A stretch of DNA of 64,000 nucleotides. It comes from Malacoraja senta. Lineage: Eukaryota. Made by a program: the position numbers and the translations under genes. This document shows positions 47,801-59,309 of this stretch, one piece after another. Each line of letters begins with the position of its first letter. The first letter of the stretch is position 1. The notes under the pieces are model-generated. The model was not told the origin of the DNA, searched no databases, and saw nothing but the letters and a program-made list of their open reading frames with translations. Where the stretch lies: assembly GCA_038087875.1 (NCBI GenBank), contig JAXLNO010000350.1, positions 124,001 to 188,000 of the forward strand. The letters are read 5' to 3'.

Positions 47801-48180
47801 CTGCCTACCACTTTTACTTTTCACCTTGCTACCTATTGCTTCTACCCTCATTTTACACCCCTCTGTCTCTCTGCTCACACATTTAAGAAACCCACCACCT
47901 CTTATTCTGTTTATTATCTTTTTCTTCTTCCCCCCCTACATGTTGGGTCTGAGTGCTTCCTTTCTCTGCCTCTTGCCTCACACCTTGTCTACTAGCTTTC
48001 TCTATTTTAATCCCTCCCCCCAACCGTTCTAGTTTAAAGTCTCCCCAGTAGCCTTTGCAAATCTCCCCGCCAGGATATTGGTCCCCCTGGGGTTCAAGTG
48101 CAACCCGTCCTTTTTGTACAGGTCACACCTTCCCCATGCATTTATCCTCCACCTCGCTCCATTCCTACTCTCACTGTCGC
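44868..48180 (-). mobile_element. Young CR1 LINE: ORF1 3' end (SGNH esterase) plus near-complete ORF2
   Basis: DLYKKDGLHLNPRGTNILAGRF* (48030-48125). ORFs 46899-47756, 46286-46891, 45655-46080, 44960-45331. Confidence 0.95.
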
Positions 48181-49196
48181 GGTCGAGGGTTATACTCACA
48201 GCCCGGACGCCGCTCCTCCCACACCAACGGTTCCTGGGCCTCTGTAAAACAAGCCCCGCGGTCGAGGGTTATACTCACAGCCCGGACGCCGCTCCTCCCA
48301 CACCAACGGTTCCTGGGCCTCTACTCTTGGAATATTCCTTAATGTTTTTTTGTGTCTATGGAATTGTTTTTCAACAATAAAATGGGCCTGGTCTGCCCAA
48401 TAGCCAGAGAGTGGAATGAGATCTGTCTGTAATGTTGGGGTTATCTAAAAAGAAGTATTTAACAAAGTAAAATTTGTTTTGAGCAAGATTTACAAATGAT
48501 GTATAAATTAAGGATGGTTTTAGTCAACGAGCATACAACTGATTAGATTGTATCGGAAAGAATACACATACACACACATATATGAATGTGATATAGATGT
48601 ATATAATCATACAACACACATATATATATTTCTCCAGATTTTTATATCTAATGATAAACTTTATTTCGGACTAGACAAGGGACAACATTAAATTAAAAAA
48701 TGTAAACCTCCCCGGAACTTCATCCTGGTGTCCCAGCCGTGCTGATCCGAGCCACACATTGAATACATGTGCGGAGACGGAAGCCGGTTACGGACATGGG
48801 GCCAAAGATTATCCATGACTCTGCCCATGACCCAACTACGTCTTTTTCGTCGAGTGGACTATCTTGCTCGCTATAGGATCTTTGGTTGTGCTGGTTGACG
48901 GCGGCCATCCTAGTGAGGGGTTGAGGGCGACCATCTTGGTGAGGGTTCGAGGGCGACCATCTTGGTGAGGGGTTGAGGGCAGCCATCTTGTTAGGGTCTC
49001 GCCCTTCAAAATGCCATCTTGAGAATGGCCCACTTTTGGCCCATTCTCCCCTCTAACCCTGTCTTGTCCACATACCTGTCCAGGCATCAGGTTCCAACCC
49101 CTTCGCCCACCAATGGCCAATCAACGCGTGCAGAAAAGGACTGCGGATGCTGGTTTAAACCTTACATAGACACAATGTGCTGGAGTAAATCGGTGG

Positions 49197-52100
49197 AAAA
49201 AATCGTGGACTAAACCACGTGTTTAATATATACCTTTTATATATATATTCATAAGGGGTAAATTGAGAGAATATGTTTCTTTACATAAAAAGATATACAA
49301 AAGCTGCAAATAAGATGGCCGACAAACTCGCACGTGCTAATGTCTAGACACCTTATCAGGGATGGATTGGAACGTAAGCGGATAGAATGTTCAAGGCCGT
49401 CGTGTTTACTAAAGAAAGGTTCAAGAAACTGGAATCATGCAGCATAGAAAACAAATTAAACGGAGCAGAACGTAATAATCTACTAACAAATTATATAATT
49501 AATTATATCACTAACACATAAATAATTGTACTAAATCATTTATTTTAACCTAAAACGTAATGTCATAACCAAATAATGATTAATTCCTCTTTAAAGCTAA
49601 CACTGAATAGCTTCTAGATTTATGACCTCTCGTTAAGGTTCATTGTATCGGTATATATCAAAAATATGGTTAATCGATTTGTGTGAGCTAATTTCCAGAA
49701 ATTGTTAGGCCAAAGCGACAGAGAACATCCAAGCTGGTAAGGAGACAGTAAAAGAGAGACTGAGACGAGCCTGGCAGGCAGCCAAGACGCTGATTCATGA
49801 TTCAGTTTTCAGTTAACCCCTTCCAGCCAGATTATTGTTATTTAAATATGAGGATTATTAATAAGTTTAAAAAAAAAAAAATTAAATTTAAATACAGCAT
49901 TTAAACAGTAAATACTTATTTAGTTTAACCTATTAGATGAACTACTTATAATACATGCTTGGTTGTTTTTTCTGCGAATATATTATCCGGTTCTGGCCTG
50001 TTCTTTCTCTTCTATAATACTAGTTTGTAAGGAGCGGAGCTAAATGAGATTTACATCTACGGAAGATTACTCAAATTCTTCCACCACTTGGGGTTTCACA
50101 CAGTATTTCTAAATACTGTTTTCTTATATTATTTATGTTATTTAGCAACTTTTTCTCTATAGGGCACCTTTCTTTGGGATATACCTTCAGAGTTCAGAAA
50201 CTGGGAGCACCCACCCAACACCCAGAAGGCTGTGTTATTGTGTTGCACCATCTGAAATAAAGGAACCAATGTAAGTTACAATGCAAGACGACCCTCTAAA
50301 GAAAACTGGAGGAATTACGTTTTGTAGCTGGAATATTAGGGGCGCTAATAAGCCAATTAAAAGGGGTAAGATTCTTGCCCAATTAAAATCACTCAATGCC
50401 GACATAATATTTTTACAGGAAACACATCTTAAAGTTCAAGCTCAGACCAGGCTGAAGGCCAATTGGATCGGTCAAACATATCACTCCTCCTATCTCTCCA
50501 AATCCAGAGGCACTGCAATTATAATCCGTAAGGGCATACCATTTAAACATAAAAACACCATTGCAGACAAAGAGGGGAGGTATGTCATAGTCTCTGGGGA
50601 GATACATTCTACCCCACTTACCATGGTAAATATTTATGCTCCTAGCTTTGACAACCCACAATTTTTTAATAAAATCTTGAATATAATTTCTGAGTCCACT
50701 CAGCAAAATGGGATAATTGGGGGAGATTTCAATTGTGTTTTGGATCAATACCTCGATAAATCTGCTCAACAAAAGAGACATAATACAAAATCAAAATCCA
50801 GTGAACTTTTAAATACGTATATAAAAATACAAATATAACAGACGTATGGAGGATTGCAAACCCTTCCGGAAGAGAATACTCCTTCTACTCATCAGTACAT
50901 AAAACCTATACACGTATTGACTACTTTCTAGTGGACACTAAATTAATACCCTTCACAACTAACCCTAAATACCATAATAGTACTATTTCCGATCATTCTC
51001 CACTAACCTTCTCCTTCAAACTAGAAGGAATGTTTAATAAAACATTGTTTTGGAGGTTTAATCCTCAATTACTATATAATCCGGACTGTTGTAAATACTT
51101 AAAACAACAGATGGAATTCTTTTTGGAGACCAATGATACCCCAGATATCTCACCCTCCCTATTATGGGAATCTTTTAAGGCTTTTATTAGAGGTTCTATC
51201 ATTTCATATCAAGCTTATCAAAACAAAAAGAATAGGACGGAACAATTGCAAGTAGAAGAACAGATCAAACAACTTGATTTAGAAAACGCGATAGATCCGA
51301 CTATAGATAAACACAACAAGATAGCAATATTGAAATTTAAGCTAAACCAAATTCTATCTGCAAGAGTTATTCGATTATTTCAAATTACAAAACAGGAACA
51401 TTTCGAATTCGGCGACAAACCACACAAACTTTTAGCACGCCAGCTGAGAAAAGTTGAAAAGGACCAGACTATCCTAAAAGTTAAATCAGATAAAGGTGAA
51501 CTGTTAACGCTTCCAAAAGACATTAATGAAAGATTTGTCCAATTTTATCAAAACTTATACACATCCAAAACATCAACAGAAAGCAGAAAAATTACAAACT
51601 TTCTGGACAACTGTAAACTTCCAACACTTAATCCGCTGGAACAAGAGGAATTAGGAGCACAGATTTCAATTAAAGAAATAGAAGAGACAATCAATTCACT
51701 GAAGAACGGTAAAACACCAGGACCAGACGGGTTCAGTAACGAATTCTATAAAAGATTTTACGAGGTAATTTCCCCACGTTTATACAATCTTTATACATAC
51801 GCATTTAAAGAACAGACATTACCACAAACGCTAGCTGAATCAACTATCACACTTATACCCAAAAAAGATAAAGATCTAGAAGACCCGGCATCATACAGAG
51901 CAATCGCCCTGCTAAATACAGATCAGAAAATACTAGCGAAAACTTTGGGAAGAAGATTAAGTAAATACATTAATAAATTAATACATTCGGATCAAACGAG
52001 GTTTATACCCAAGAGACATTCGTTTAATAATTTGAGACGCCTTTTTAACATAATGTACTCATACAGAACTAAAGAAGAAGACTTATCAATTATTTCATTA

Positions 52101-52685
52101 GATGCAGAAAAAGCATTTGAGCTATCAATATTTCAAAGACGTTTCCTTAATTATGGCCCGATAACGGCTAAAAAACTAATACTTACATTTTGGAAAAATA
52201 CATCTGCCCCTACTCTTAAAATGTGGATTACAAACATGTCTGAGACGCTACATCTTGAAAATATGAGACTTGTCTTAGCAGAAAAACCAGAGCAATTTTC
52301 GAAGACATGGACACCATTCATTGAATCATTACAACTTTGGAATTAAACCGAAATACAGGCTGGGTAATGGGTGGGGAGAGATATGAAGCAGGTATATCAT
52401 CACTTTTTGTTTTTCTTTCTGTTTTTGTCTTTTTATTTATTTACATTTTTCTCATTTCTTTTACTTACTTACTCTTCGGCTACACCAATTTGGTAGTCTA
52501 GGGGATCTATTCTTGCACATTCACTTTCTCTTTCACTTTCTCTCTCTCTTGCTTTTTCTCTCTTTTTCTTTTTCATCTTAGCTAAAAATTAAAATTGAAG
52601 CTGTACAATAAATGTATTACGTCATATGCCGCAGTTTATACTTTTGTACACTGCTTCTAATAATTTTTTTTTAATTTAAAAACCA
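49197..52685 (+). mobile_element. 5'-truncated L1 (second subfamily) with 25-bp TSD and internal deletion
   Basis: TSD acaatgtgctggagtaaatcggtgg at 49172-49196 and 52686-52710. ORF2 50281-52346 is homologous to 29922-33707. Confidence 0.93.
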
Positions 52686-52814
52686 ACAATGTGCTGGAGT
52701 AAATCGGTGGGATCGGTAAATCTCTGGATAGAAGGAACGAGACATGTTTCGGGATCAGCTGAGTCAAGAGTCAAGAGTGTTTTATTGTCATATGTCCCAG
52801 ATAGAACAATGAAT

Positions 52815-53275
52815 AGACAATAGTCAATAGGTGCAGGAGGAGGTCATTCGGCCCTTCGAGCCAGCACCACCATTCAATGTGATCATGACTGATCATCTAC
52901 AATCAGTACCCCATTCCTGCCTTCTCCCCATATCTCCTGACTTCACTATCATTAAGAGCCAAATCTAGCTCTTTCTTGAAAGTATCCAGAGAACCAGCCT
53001 CCACTGCTCCCTGAGGCAGAAAATTCCACACACTAACAACTCTCTGGGTGAAAAAGTTTCCCCATCTCCGTTTTAATTGGCTTACCCCTTATTCGTAGAC
53101 TGTGGCCACTGGTTCTGGACTCCCCCAACTTTGGAAACATGTTTCCTGCGTCTAGTGTGTCCAAATCCTTAATAATCCTATGTTTCAATAAGATCCCCCT
53201 CATCCTTCTAAACTCCAGAGTATACAAGCCCAGCCGCTCCATTCTCTCAGCATATGACAGTCCCGCCATCCCGGG
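52815..53275 (-). mobile_element. CR1 3' fragment, inverted paralog of 16170-16630
   Basis: MAGLSYAERMERLGLYTLEFRRMRG plus 3' UTR. Confidence 0.88.
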
Positions 53276-54134
53276 GGGGGGGGGGGGGGCCGAAGATGTG
53301 ACACATCGGCTAATTCTACTGTGAAGTCAGAGAACTGGTGAGCAGTTTTCTGCCGCCATCTCTCCATGATATCCCTGTAAATTAATTTCTTCCACAAAAA
53401 GGAACATTTATTTCATTGGAATACGACTTGGCTCCAGCGGGTTAATGAGCAAAAGTCCTTGTTTACCGCAGCTGGAGTCTTGTGGACGTCCAAGGGCGGA
53501 CAGCGAGATCCCACCGTTCGGAGGGGGAACAGCCGGGTAATGGGAAGTTAAAATGGTTGGCAACCGGGAGATCCAGCAGGCCTTGGCGGACCGAGCGCAA
53601 ATGTAGGGTGAAATGCACGCCCGGTCTAGATACAAGGAACAGCAGATGCTGGTTTACAAACAGAAACACAATCACCTGGAGTAACTTGCACCTCTGGAGA
53701 GCACGGACAGGCAACATTCTAAGTCAGGACGCTTCTTAGGACTCCTTGGTGTGGGGAGTGGAGAAAGTTGGAAAGGAGAGGTGGGAGTGGTCCCTTAGAT
53801 TCCCTTCCCTCTACAGATGCAGCCTGACCCACTGAGTTCCTCTACCGCTTTAGAGGGAATGGACAGATAATGTTTTGAGTCAGGACCCTTCTTCAGACTG
53901 ATTGGAGAGGGTGGGGGGAGGAAGCTGGAAAAAAGAGAGAGGGGCTGGACAAAGCCAGGCAAGTGATTGGTGACACAAAATGATGGAGTAACTCAGCGGG
54001 ACAGGCAGCATCTTGGAGAGAAGGAATAGGTGGTGTTTCAGGTTGAGACCCTTCTTCAGAAGTGTTAGGTGGATATAGGTGAGGGAGACAAAAGAAACTG
54101 CAGATGCTGGATTCTTGCATAGAACACAATTTAA

Positions 54135-54465
54135 TTAGATGCACATAATCTCGTCTAGAGTGGGGAAATCGAGGACCAGAGGACATGGGTTAAAGGTGAA
54201 GGGGAAAAGATTTAATAGGAATCTGAGGGGTAACATTTTCAAAAAAAGGGTGGTGGGTGTATGGAACCAGCTCCCAGAGCTTGTTGAGGCTGGGACTATC
54301 CCTACGTTTAAGAAACAGATAGACAGGTACATGGATAGGACAGGTTTGGAGGAATATGGACCAAACATGGGCAGGTGGGACTAGTGTAGCTGGGACATGT
54401 TGGTTGATGTGGGCAAGTTGGGCCAAAGGGCCTGTTTCCACATTATATCACTCTATGACTCTAAC
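54135..54465 (+). mobile_element. CR1 3' fragment, third subfamily
   Basis: SRTRGHGLKVKGKRFNRNLRGNIFKKRVVGVWNQLP. Absent at the equivalent position of the paralogous arm. Confidence 0.85.
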
Positions 54466-54599
54466 ACGAATTGCTGGAGTAACTCGGCGGGTCAGGCAGG
54501 ATCTCTGGAGGAAAGGAATGGATGACGTTACGGGTCGAGACTGAAGAAGGGTCTCGACCGGAAACGTTACCCATTCCTTCAAGCATTTTGTGTCTACCT

Positions 54600-54902
54600 A
54601 AACAGCGCCTATCCACGTGGCATTGTGCCAGCAGGCTGGAGGAGCGGGCAAAGGCCTTGCCACAGAGCGGGCAGGTGAAGGGGCGCTGGCCAGTGTGGAC
54701 TCACCGGTGCTCCAGCAGGTGGTCAAGGCAGGTGAAGCCCTTACCACAGGACGGGCAGGGGAATGGACGCTCACCACTGTGGGTAAGCCGGTGCTGCCAC
54801 AGGCTGGAAATGCGGGTGAAACCCTTGCCACACTCAACGCACACAAAGGGTCTCTCTCTGATGTGTACCCGCTGGTGCACCCGCAGCCCCCATGCTCTCT
54901 TG
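54600..54902 (-). pseudogene. Out-of-frame degenerate fingers downstream of zinc-finger ORF 2
   Basis: CVECGKGFTRISSLWQHRLTH and CPSCGKGFTCLDHLLEHR in ORF 54701-55159. Confidence 0.8.
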
Positions 54903-56156
54903 TCACAGTGGGAGCAGCTGCTCGCCGGCGTGGGCCCGCCGGTGCTGACGCAACCCCCGCAAGCTGTCAAACTCTTCACCGCAGTACAGGCAATCGTAGG
55001 GCTGGCCACTGGAGTGCACGTGCTGGTGAGACAGGGCGTGGGAGGCATTGGCAAAGCGCTCTCCACACACCGGGCTGTGGACGGGACGGTCGACGTCGTG
55101 CACCCGCTGGTGGGACAGCAGCCTGGAGAAGCGGGTGAAGCTCTTGCCGCACTGGGCACAGGTGTAGGGGCGCTCGCCGGTGTGGGTGCGCTGGTGCTTC
55201 AGCAGGTTGCTGGAGCGGGTGAAGCCCTTGCCACACTGGGCGCAGGTGTACGGACGCTCGCCGGTGTGGATGCGCTGGTGCAGCAGCACGCTGCTGGAGC
55301 GGGTGAAGCCCTTGCCACACTGGGTGCAGGTGTACGGACGCTCGCCGATGTGGGTGCGCTGGTGCTTCAGCAGGCTTTGGGACTGGGCAAAGCTCTTGCC
55401 GCACTGGGCGCAGGTGTAGCGGCGCAGGCCGGTGTGGGTGCGCTGATGCACCAGCAGGCTTTGGGACTGGGTGAAGCTCTTACCGCAGTCGCTGCAGGTG
55501 TAGGGGCGCTCCCCGGTGTGCACGCGCCTGTGCACTTTCAGGTTCCATGACGACTTGAAACCTTTGCCGCAGTCGGAGCAGGTGAAGGGCCGCTCACTGC
55601 TGTGCACTCGCCGGTGCTCCTGCAGCCTCAACAGCCTGACAAAGCTCTTGCCGCATATGGTGCAGCCATAGGGCCTCTCGCCCGTGTGCAGCCGCCGGTG
55701 GATCTTCAGATCCTGTGCCTTCTTGAAGTCCTTGCCGCAGTCGGAGCAGCCGAAGTGCCTGGGGAAGGGACGGTCGACGGAGTGCACCCGCTGGTGGGAC
55801 AGCAGCTGGGTGGAACATGTGAAGCCCTTGCTGCACTGGGCGCAGGTGTACGGGCGCTCGCCGGTGTGGGTATACTGGTGCACCAGCAGGGTGTAGGACT
55901 GGGCAAAGCCCTTGCCACAGTCGCTGCAGGTGTAGGGCCGCTCCCCGGTGTGCAGGCGCCTGTGCACCTTCAGATGCGTGGACGACTTGAAGCCTTTGCC
56001 GCAGTCGGAGCAGGTGAATGGCCGCTCACTGCTGTGCATCCGCTGGTGCACCCGCAGCCTCGACAACCAGGTAAAGCTCTTGCCGCATGTGGAGCAGCCA
56101 TAGGACTTCCCGCCCGTGTGTACCCGCCGGTGGCTCTCCAGCTGGCTCGCACTCAT
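54903..56156 (-). CDS. Tandem C2H2 zinc-finger protein (13 intact fingers plus 1 degenerate), paralog of 11252-12478
   Basis: 417-aa ORF of C2H2 fingers with TGERP linkers. Acceptor ccttctgcag|g at 56325/56324. The ancestral N-terminus is out of frame owing to a deletion in finger 1. Confidence 0.82.
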   Translation of the reverse strand: MSASQLESHRRVHTGGKSYGCSTCGKSFTWLSRLRVHQRMHSSERPFTCSDCGKGFKSSTHLKVHRRLHTGERPYTCSDCGKGFAQSYTLLVHQYTHTGERPYTCAQCSKGFTCSTQLLSHQRVHSVDRPFPRHFGCSDCGKDFKKAQDLKIHRRLHTGERPYGCTICGKSFVRLLRLQEHRRVHSSERPFTCSDCGKGFKSSWNLKVHRRVHTGERPYTCSDCGKSFTQSQSLLVHQRTHTGLRRYTCAQCGKSFAQSQSLLKHQRTHIGERPYTCTQCGKGFTRSSSVLLHQRIHTGERPYTCAQCGKGFTRSSNLLKHQRTHTGERPYTCAQCGKSFTRFSRLLSHQRVHDVDRPVHSPVCGERFANASHALSHQHVHSSGQPYDCLYCGEEFDSLRGLRQHRRAHAGEQLLPL

Positions 56157-56613
56157 AACGCTTCTCCTTGTTGTGCCCAGTCATGTAATCCTCCACCGAA
56201 GCTCAGCCCCTCGAAGCTCAGCCCGCACACCGAGCAGATGGGGGGGGAACTCACCGGCACACTGGCCGCCCTCAATGGCCGTTCATGTCCCCGTCTCTCC
56301 ATCCACAGCAGCGGCTCCTAAACCCTGCAGAAGGGGAAGACAGAGGGTCAACAAACTGGCAAACAGGACATTACTAAAGTCTGAACATTACTAGTGCTTG
56401 AAGGGGGGGGGAGGGCAGGGGGTGTGTGAGGGGAGTTGGGGGAGATGAAGGTGTGAGGGTGAGGGGGGAGAGGGAGAAGGGAGGCTGGAAGGAGGGGAGA
56501 GATGGTGAGGAGGCAAGTGAGGAAGGGGGATGCGGACAGTGGAAGTGAGGGGAGGGGGAGCAGGGAGGTGGTGAGGGGGGGTGAAGGAGGGCAGGGGAGA
56601 GGTGGGGGCTAAG

Positions 56614-56815
56614 GAATTCACTGCCACAGAAGGTAGTAGAGGCCAACACTCGATGTTTTCAAGAGTTTGATGTAGCCTTTAAGGCTGACGGAATCAAGCG
56701 ATAGGGGGAGAAGGCAGGAACAGGTTACTGATTGGGGATGATCAGTCTTGATCACATTGAATGGCGGTGCTGTCTCGAAGGGCCGAATGGCCTCCTCCTG
56801 CACCTATTGTCTATT
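56614..56815 (+). mobile_element. CR1 3' tip
   Basis: gaattcactgccacagaaggtagtagaggcc through the 3' UTR. Confidence 0.8.
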
Positions 56816-56824
56816 GCCTGCTGA

Positions 56825-57150
56825 TTTATTTCACTCCCCTGTGGGTTTCTAACATTATTGACCTCAGTTTTACCCCAGATTTACCGGGTTTATTTCACTC
56901 CCCTGTGGGTTTCTAACATTATTGACCTCAGTTTTACCCCAGATTTACCGGGTTTATTTCACTCCCCTGTGGGTTTCTAACATTATTGACCTCAGTTTTA
57001 CCCCAGATTTACCGGGTTTATTTCACTCCCCTGTGGGTTTCTAACATTATTGACCTCAGTTTTACCCCAGATTTACCGGGTTTATTTCACTCCCCTGTGG
57101 GTTTCTAACATTATTGACCTCAGGTCTCCACCAGATTTACCGGGTTTATT
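56825..57150. repeat. 64-bp tandem repeat, 5 copies (intron of zinc-finger gene 2)
   Basis: Same unit as 43898-44222; period 64 (56831, 56895, 56959, 57023, 57087). Confidence 0.95.
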
Positions 57151-57634
57151 CCCCCAGACGTGTAGTTTGGTGATTTATTGATTATTTACAGAGAGGGGGG
57201 GAGCCAGAGAGAGGGAGATAGATGTTTATAAGGTGTTTTATCTCAGGACGCTGCTCCAGACGGTGAGTTGATATAATTGAGCCCAGTTTTGCCCCAGACG
57301 TGTAGTTTATTTATGTGGTGATTTACCTCAGCTCTCTCTCTCTCTCTCTCTCTCTCCCCCACATTTACCGGGTTTATTTATTTATTTATTTATTCCGCTG
57401 CTGATGTATTTATTGATGTATTTATTTATTGATGTATTTATCAGGTTATTTCCCTCAGTGAATAAGAGGGGGAGGCTGGTTTAGAACCAGTTTGACCCCA
57501 GTTGTGTATCCCCACAGATAGATAGATAGATAGATAGATACACGTTAGTGTAGTTACTTTATGTGGTGATTTACCTCACTTCTCCCCCATATTGACCCGA
57601 TCCCGCTCAATCCCCGGCTGATTTATAACATTAT

Positions 57635-57822
57635 TTACCTTAGGCCGCCGCTCAGCAGCGACACCAACTGACGCTTCTCCGCCGCCATCTTGATGCGGTC
57701 GACGGGGCCCCGGGCGGCCATCTTGGTGAGGTCGGCGCCGCTGATTGGTGAGGGGATGACGGCGGCCAACTTGGTGATGGGTGGCCGTCAGTTGCGCTGG
57801 TTGCCGGCGGCCATCTTGGTGA
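57635..57822 (-). promoter_or_regulatory. Candidate promoter and non-coding exon 1 of zinc-finger gene 2
   Basis: CpG-rich, several gccgccatcttg/ggccatcttg YY1 motifs, minus-strand donor ctaag|gtaaat at about 57639, 1.3 kb upstream of the acceptor at 56325. Confidence 0.6.
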
Positions 57823-57823
57823 A

Positions 57824-58575
57824 GGTAGACAAAAATGTTGGAGAAACTCAGCGGGTGAGGCAGCATCTATGGAGCGAAGGAAATAGGAAACAGGAAAGGA
57901 AGAGGAGGAGCCAGAGGTCTGAATGAGAACTGAGAAGGGGAGGAGACAGTAAAGACTAGCTGAAATTAGAGAAGTCAATGTTCATACCACTGGGGTACAA
58001 ACTGCCCAAGCGAAATATGAGGTACTGCTCCTCCAATTTCCGGTGGGCCTCACTCTGGCCATGGAGGAGAAAGGTCGGATTTGGAATGGGGAGGGGGAGT
58101 TCAAGTGCTGAGCCACCGGGAGATCAGGTTGGTTATTGCGAACCGAGCGGAGGTGTTTGCGTCGCCGAACACCTCCGCTCGGTTCGCAATAACCAACCTG
58201 ATCTCCCGGTGGCTCATCTCCGCTCGGTTCGCAACAACCAACCTGATCTCCCGGTGGCTCAGCATTTCAAGTCCCCCTCCCATTCCGAATCTGACCTTTC
58301 TGTCCTGGGCCTCCTCCATGGCCAGAGTGAGGACCACCGGAAATTGGAGGAGCAGCACCTCATATTTCGCTTGGGCAGTTTGTACCCCAGCGGTATGAAC
58401 ATTGATTTCTCTAATTTCAGGTAGTCCTTAATGTCTCCTCCCCTTCTCAGCTCTCCCTCAGCCCTCTGGCTCCTCCTCTTCCTTTCTTCTTCCTGCCCCC
58501 ACCCACCCCACCCTCCCATCAGTCTGAAGAAGGGTTACGGCCCGAAACATTGCCCATTTCCTTCGCTCCATAGAT
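57824..58575. mobile_element. Penelope-like element 3' end arranged as a fold-back inverted duplication
   Basis: GIY-YIG C-terminus AEHLRSVRNNQPDLPVAQHF...RKLEEQHLIFRLGSLYPSGMNIDFSNFR* (to 58424), mirrored at 57960-58160. Symmetry centre at about 58162. Confidence 0.85.
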
Positions 58576-58809
58576 GTCATATGTCCCAGATAGAACAATG
58601 TCCCAGATAGAACAATGAATAGACATTAGATGCAGTGAAGTGTTTTCTGACCTTCCCTCTCTCCCTCTCTTGCTCTTCCGCTTCCTCTCACTTCATCAGT
58701 GTCCTGCCACCTCGGCAGGAGCTAAACCGAGCTCACGAGGCAACCGCCTCTCAACAACTACGACTATCATGTTAGTGTTAAACGTTCATGTATTTCCAAA
58801 CTACAATGC

Positions 58810-59105
58810 CTGAATAACGAATCCATTTAGTCACGACGTTTGCGTCTCCACACCTTCGTTCTTCCCGTATCCTCGGCGTAACAACCTCACTGTAGGTCCT
58901 GTGCAGGAAACTCGGATTTCCCGGATGGCCCTGAGGTCATCAAGCTGCTTCTCCAGTGCCCCAACACGGTCCTTCAGGAGCTGAACCTGGACACACTTGC
59001 CAGTTGTTGCAGCCAGAGGCTTCATCAGTGTCCCTGGCCTCCCATATCCTGCAAACCTCACACTGAATCATCTTACCCGTCATGTCTTCACCGCATCCCG
59101 TCCTC
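58810..59105 (-). mobile_element. CR1 ORF1 N-terminal fragment
   Basis: KCVQVQLLKDRVGALEKQLDDLRAIRE: Cys plus leucine-zipper pattern of CR1 ORF1p. Confidence 0.65.
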
Positions 59106-59109
59106 TAAT

Positions 59110-59309
59110 NNNNNNNNNNNNNNNNNNNNNNNNNNNNNNNNNNNNNNNNNNNNNNNNNNNNNNNNNNNNNNNNNNNNNNNNNNNNNNNNNNNNNNNNNNN
59201 NNNNNNNNNNNNNNNNNNNNNNNNNNNNNNNNNNNNNNNNNNNNNNNNNNNNNNNNNNNNNNNNNNNNNNNNNNNNNNNNNNNNNNNNNNNNNNNNNNNN
59301 NNNNNNNNN
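59110..59309. other. Assembly gap (200 N)
   Basis: Run of n characters. Confidence 1.

Noticed and set aside
58620..58810. Possible promoter fragment (cttccgcttcc, actacaatgcc ZNF143-like motif)
   Set aside because: Only isolated short motifs next to repeat junctions and a gap; insufficient support.
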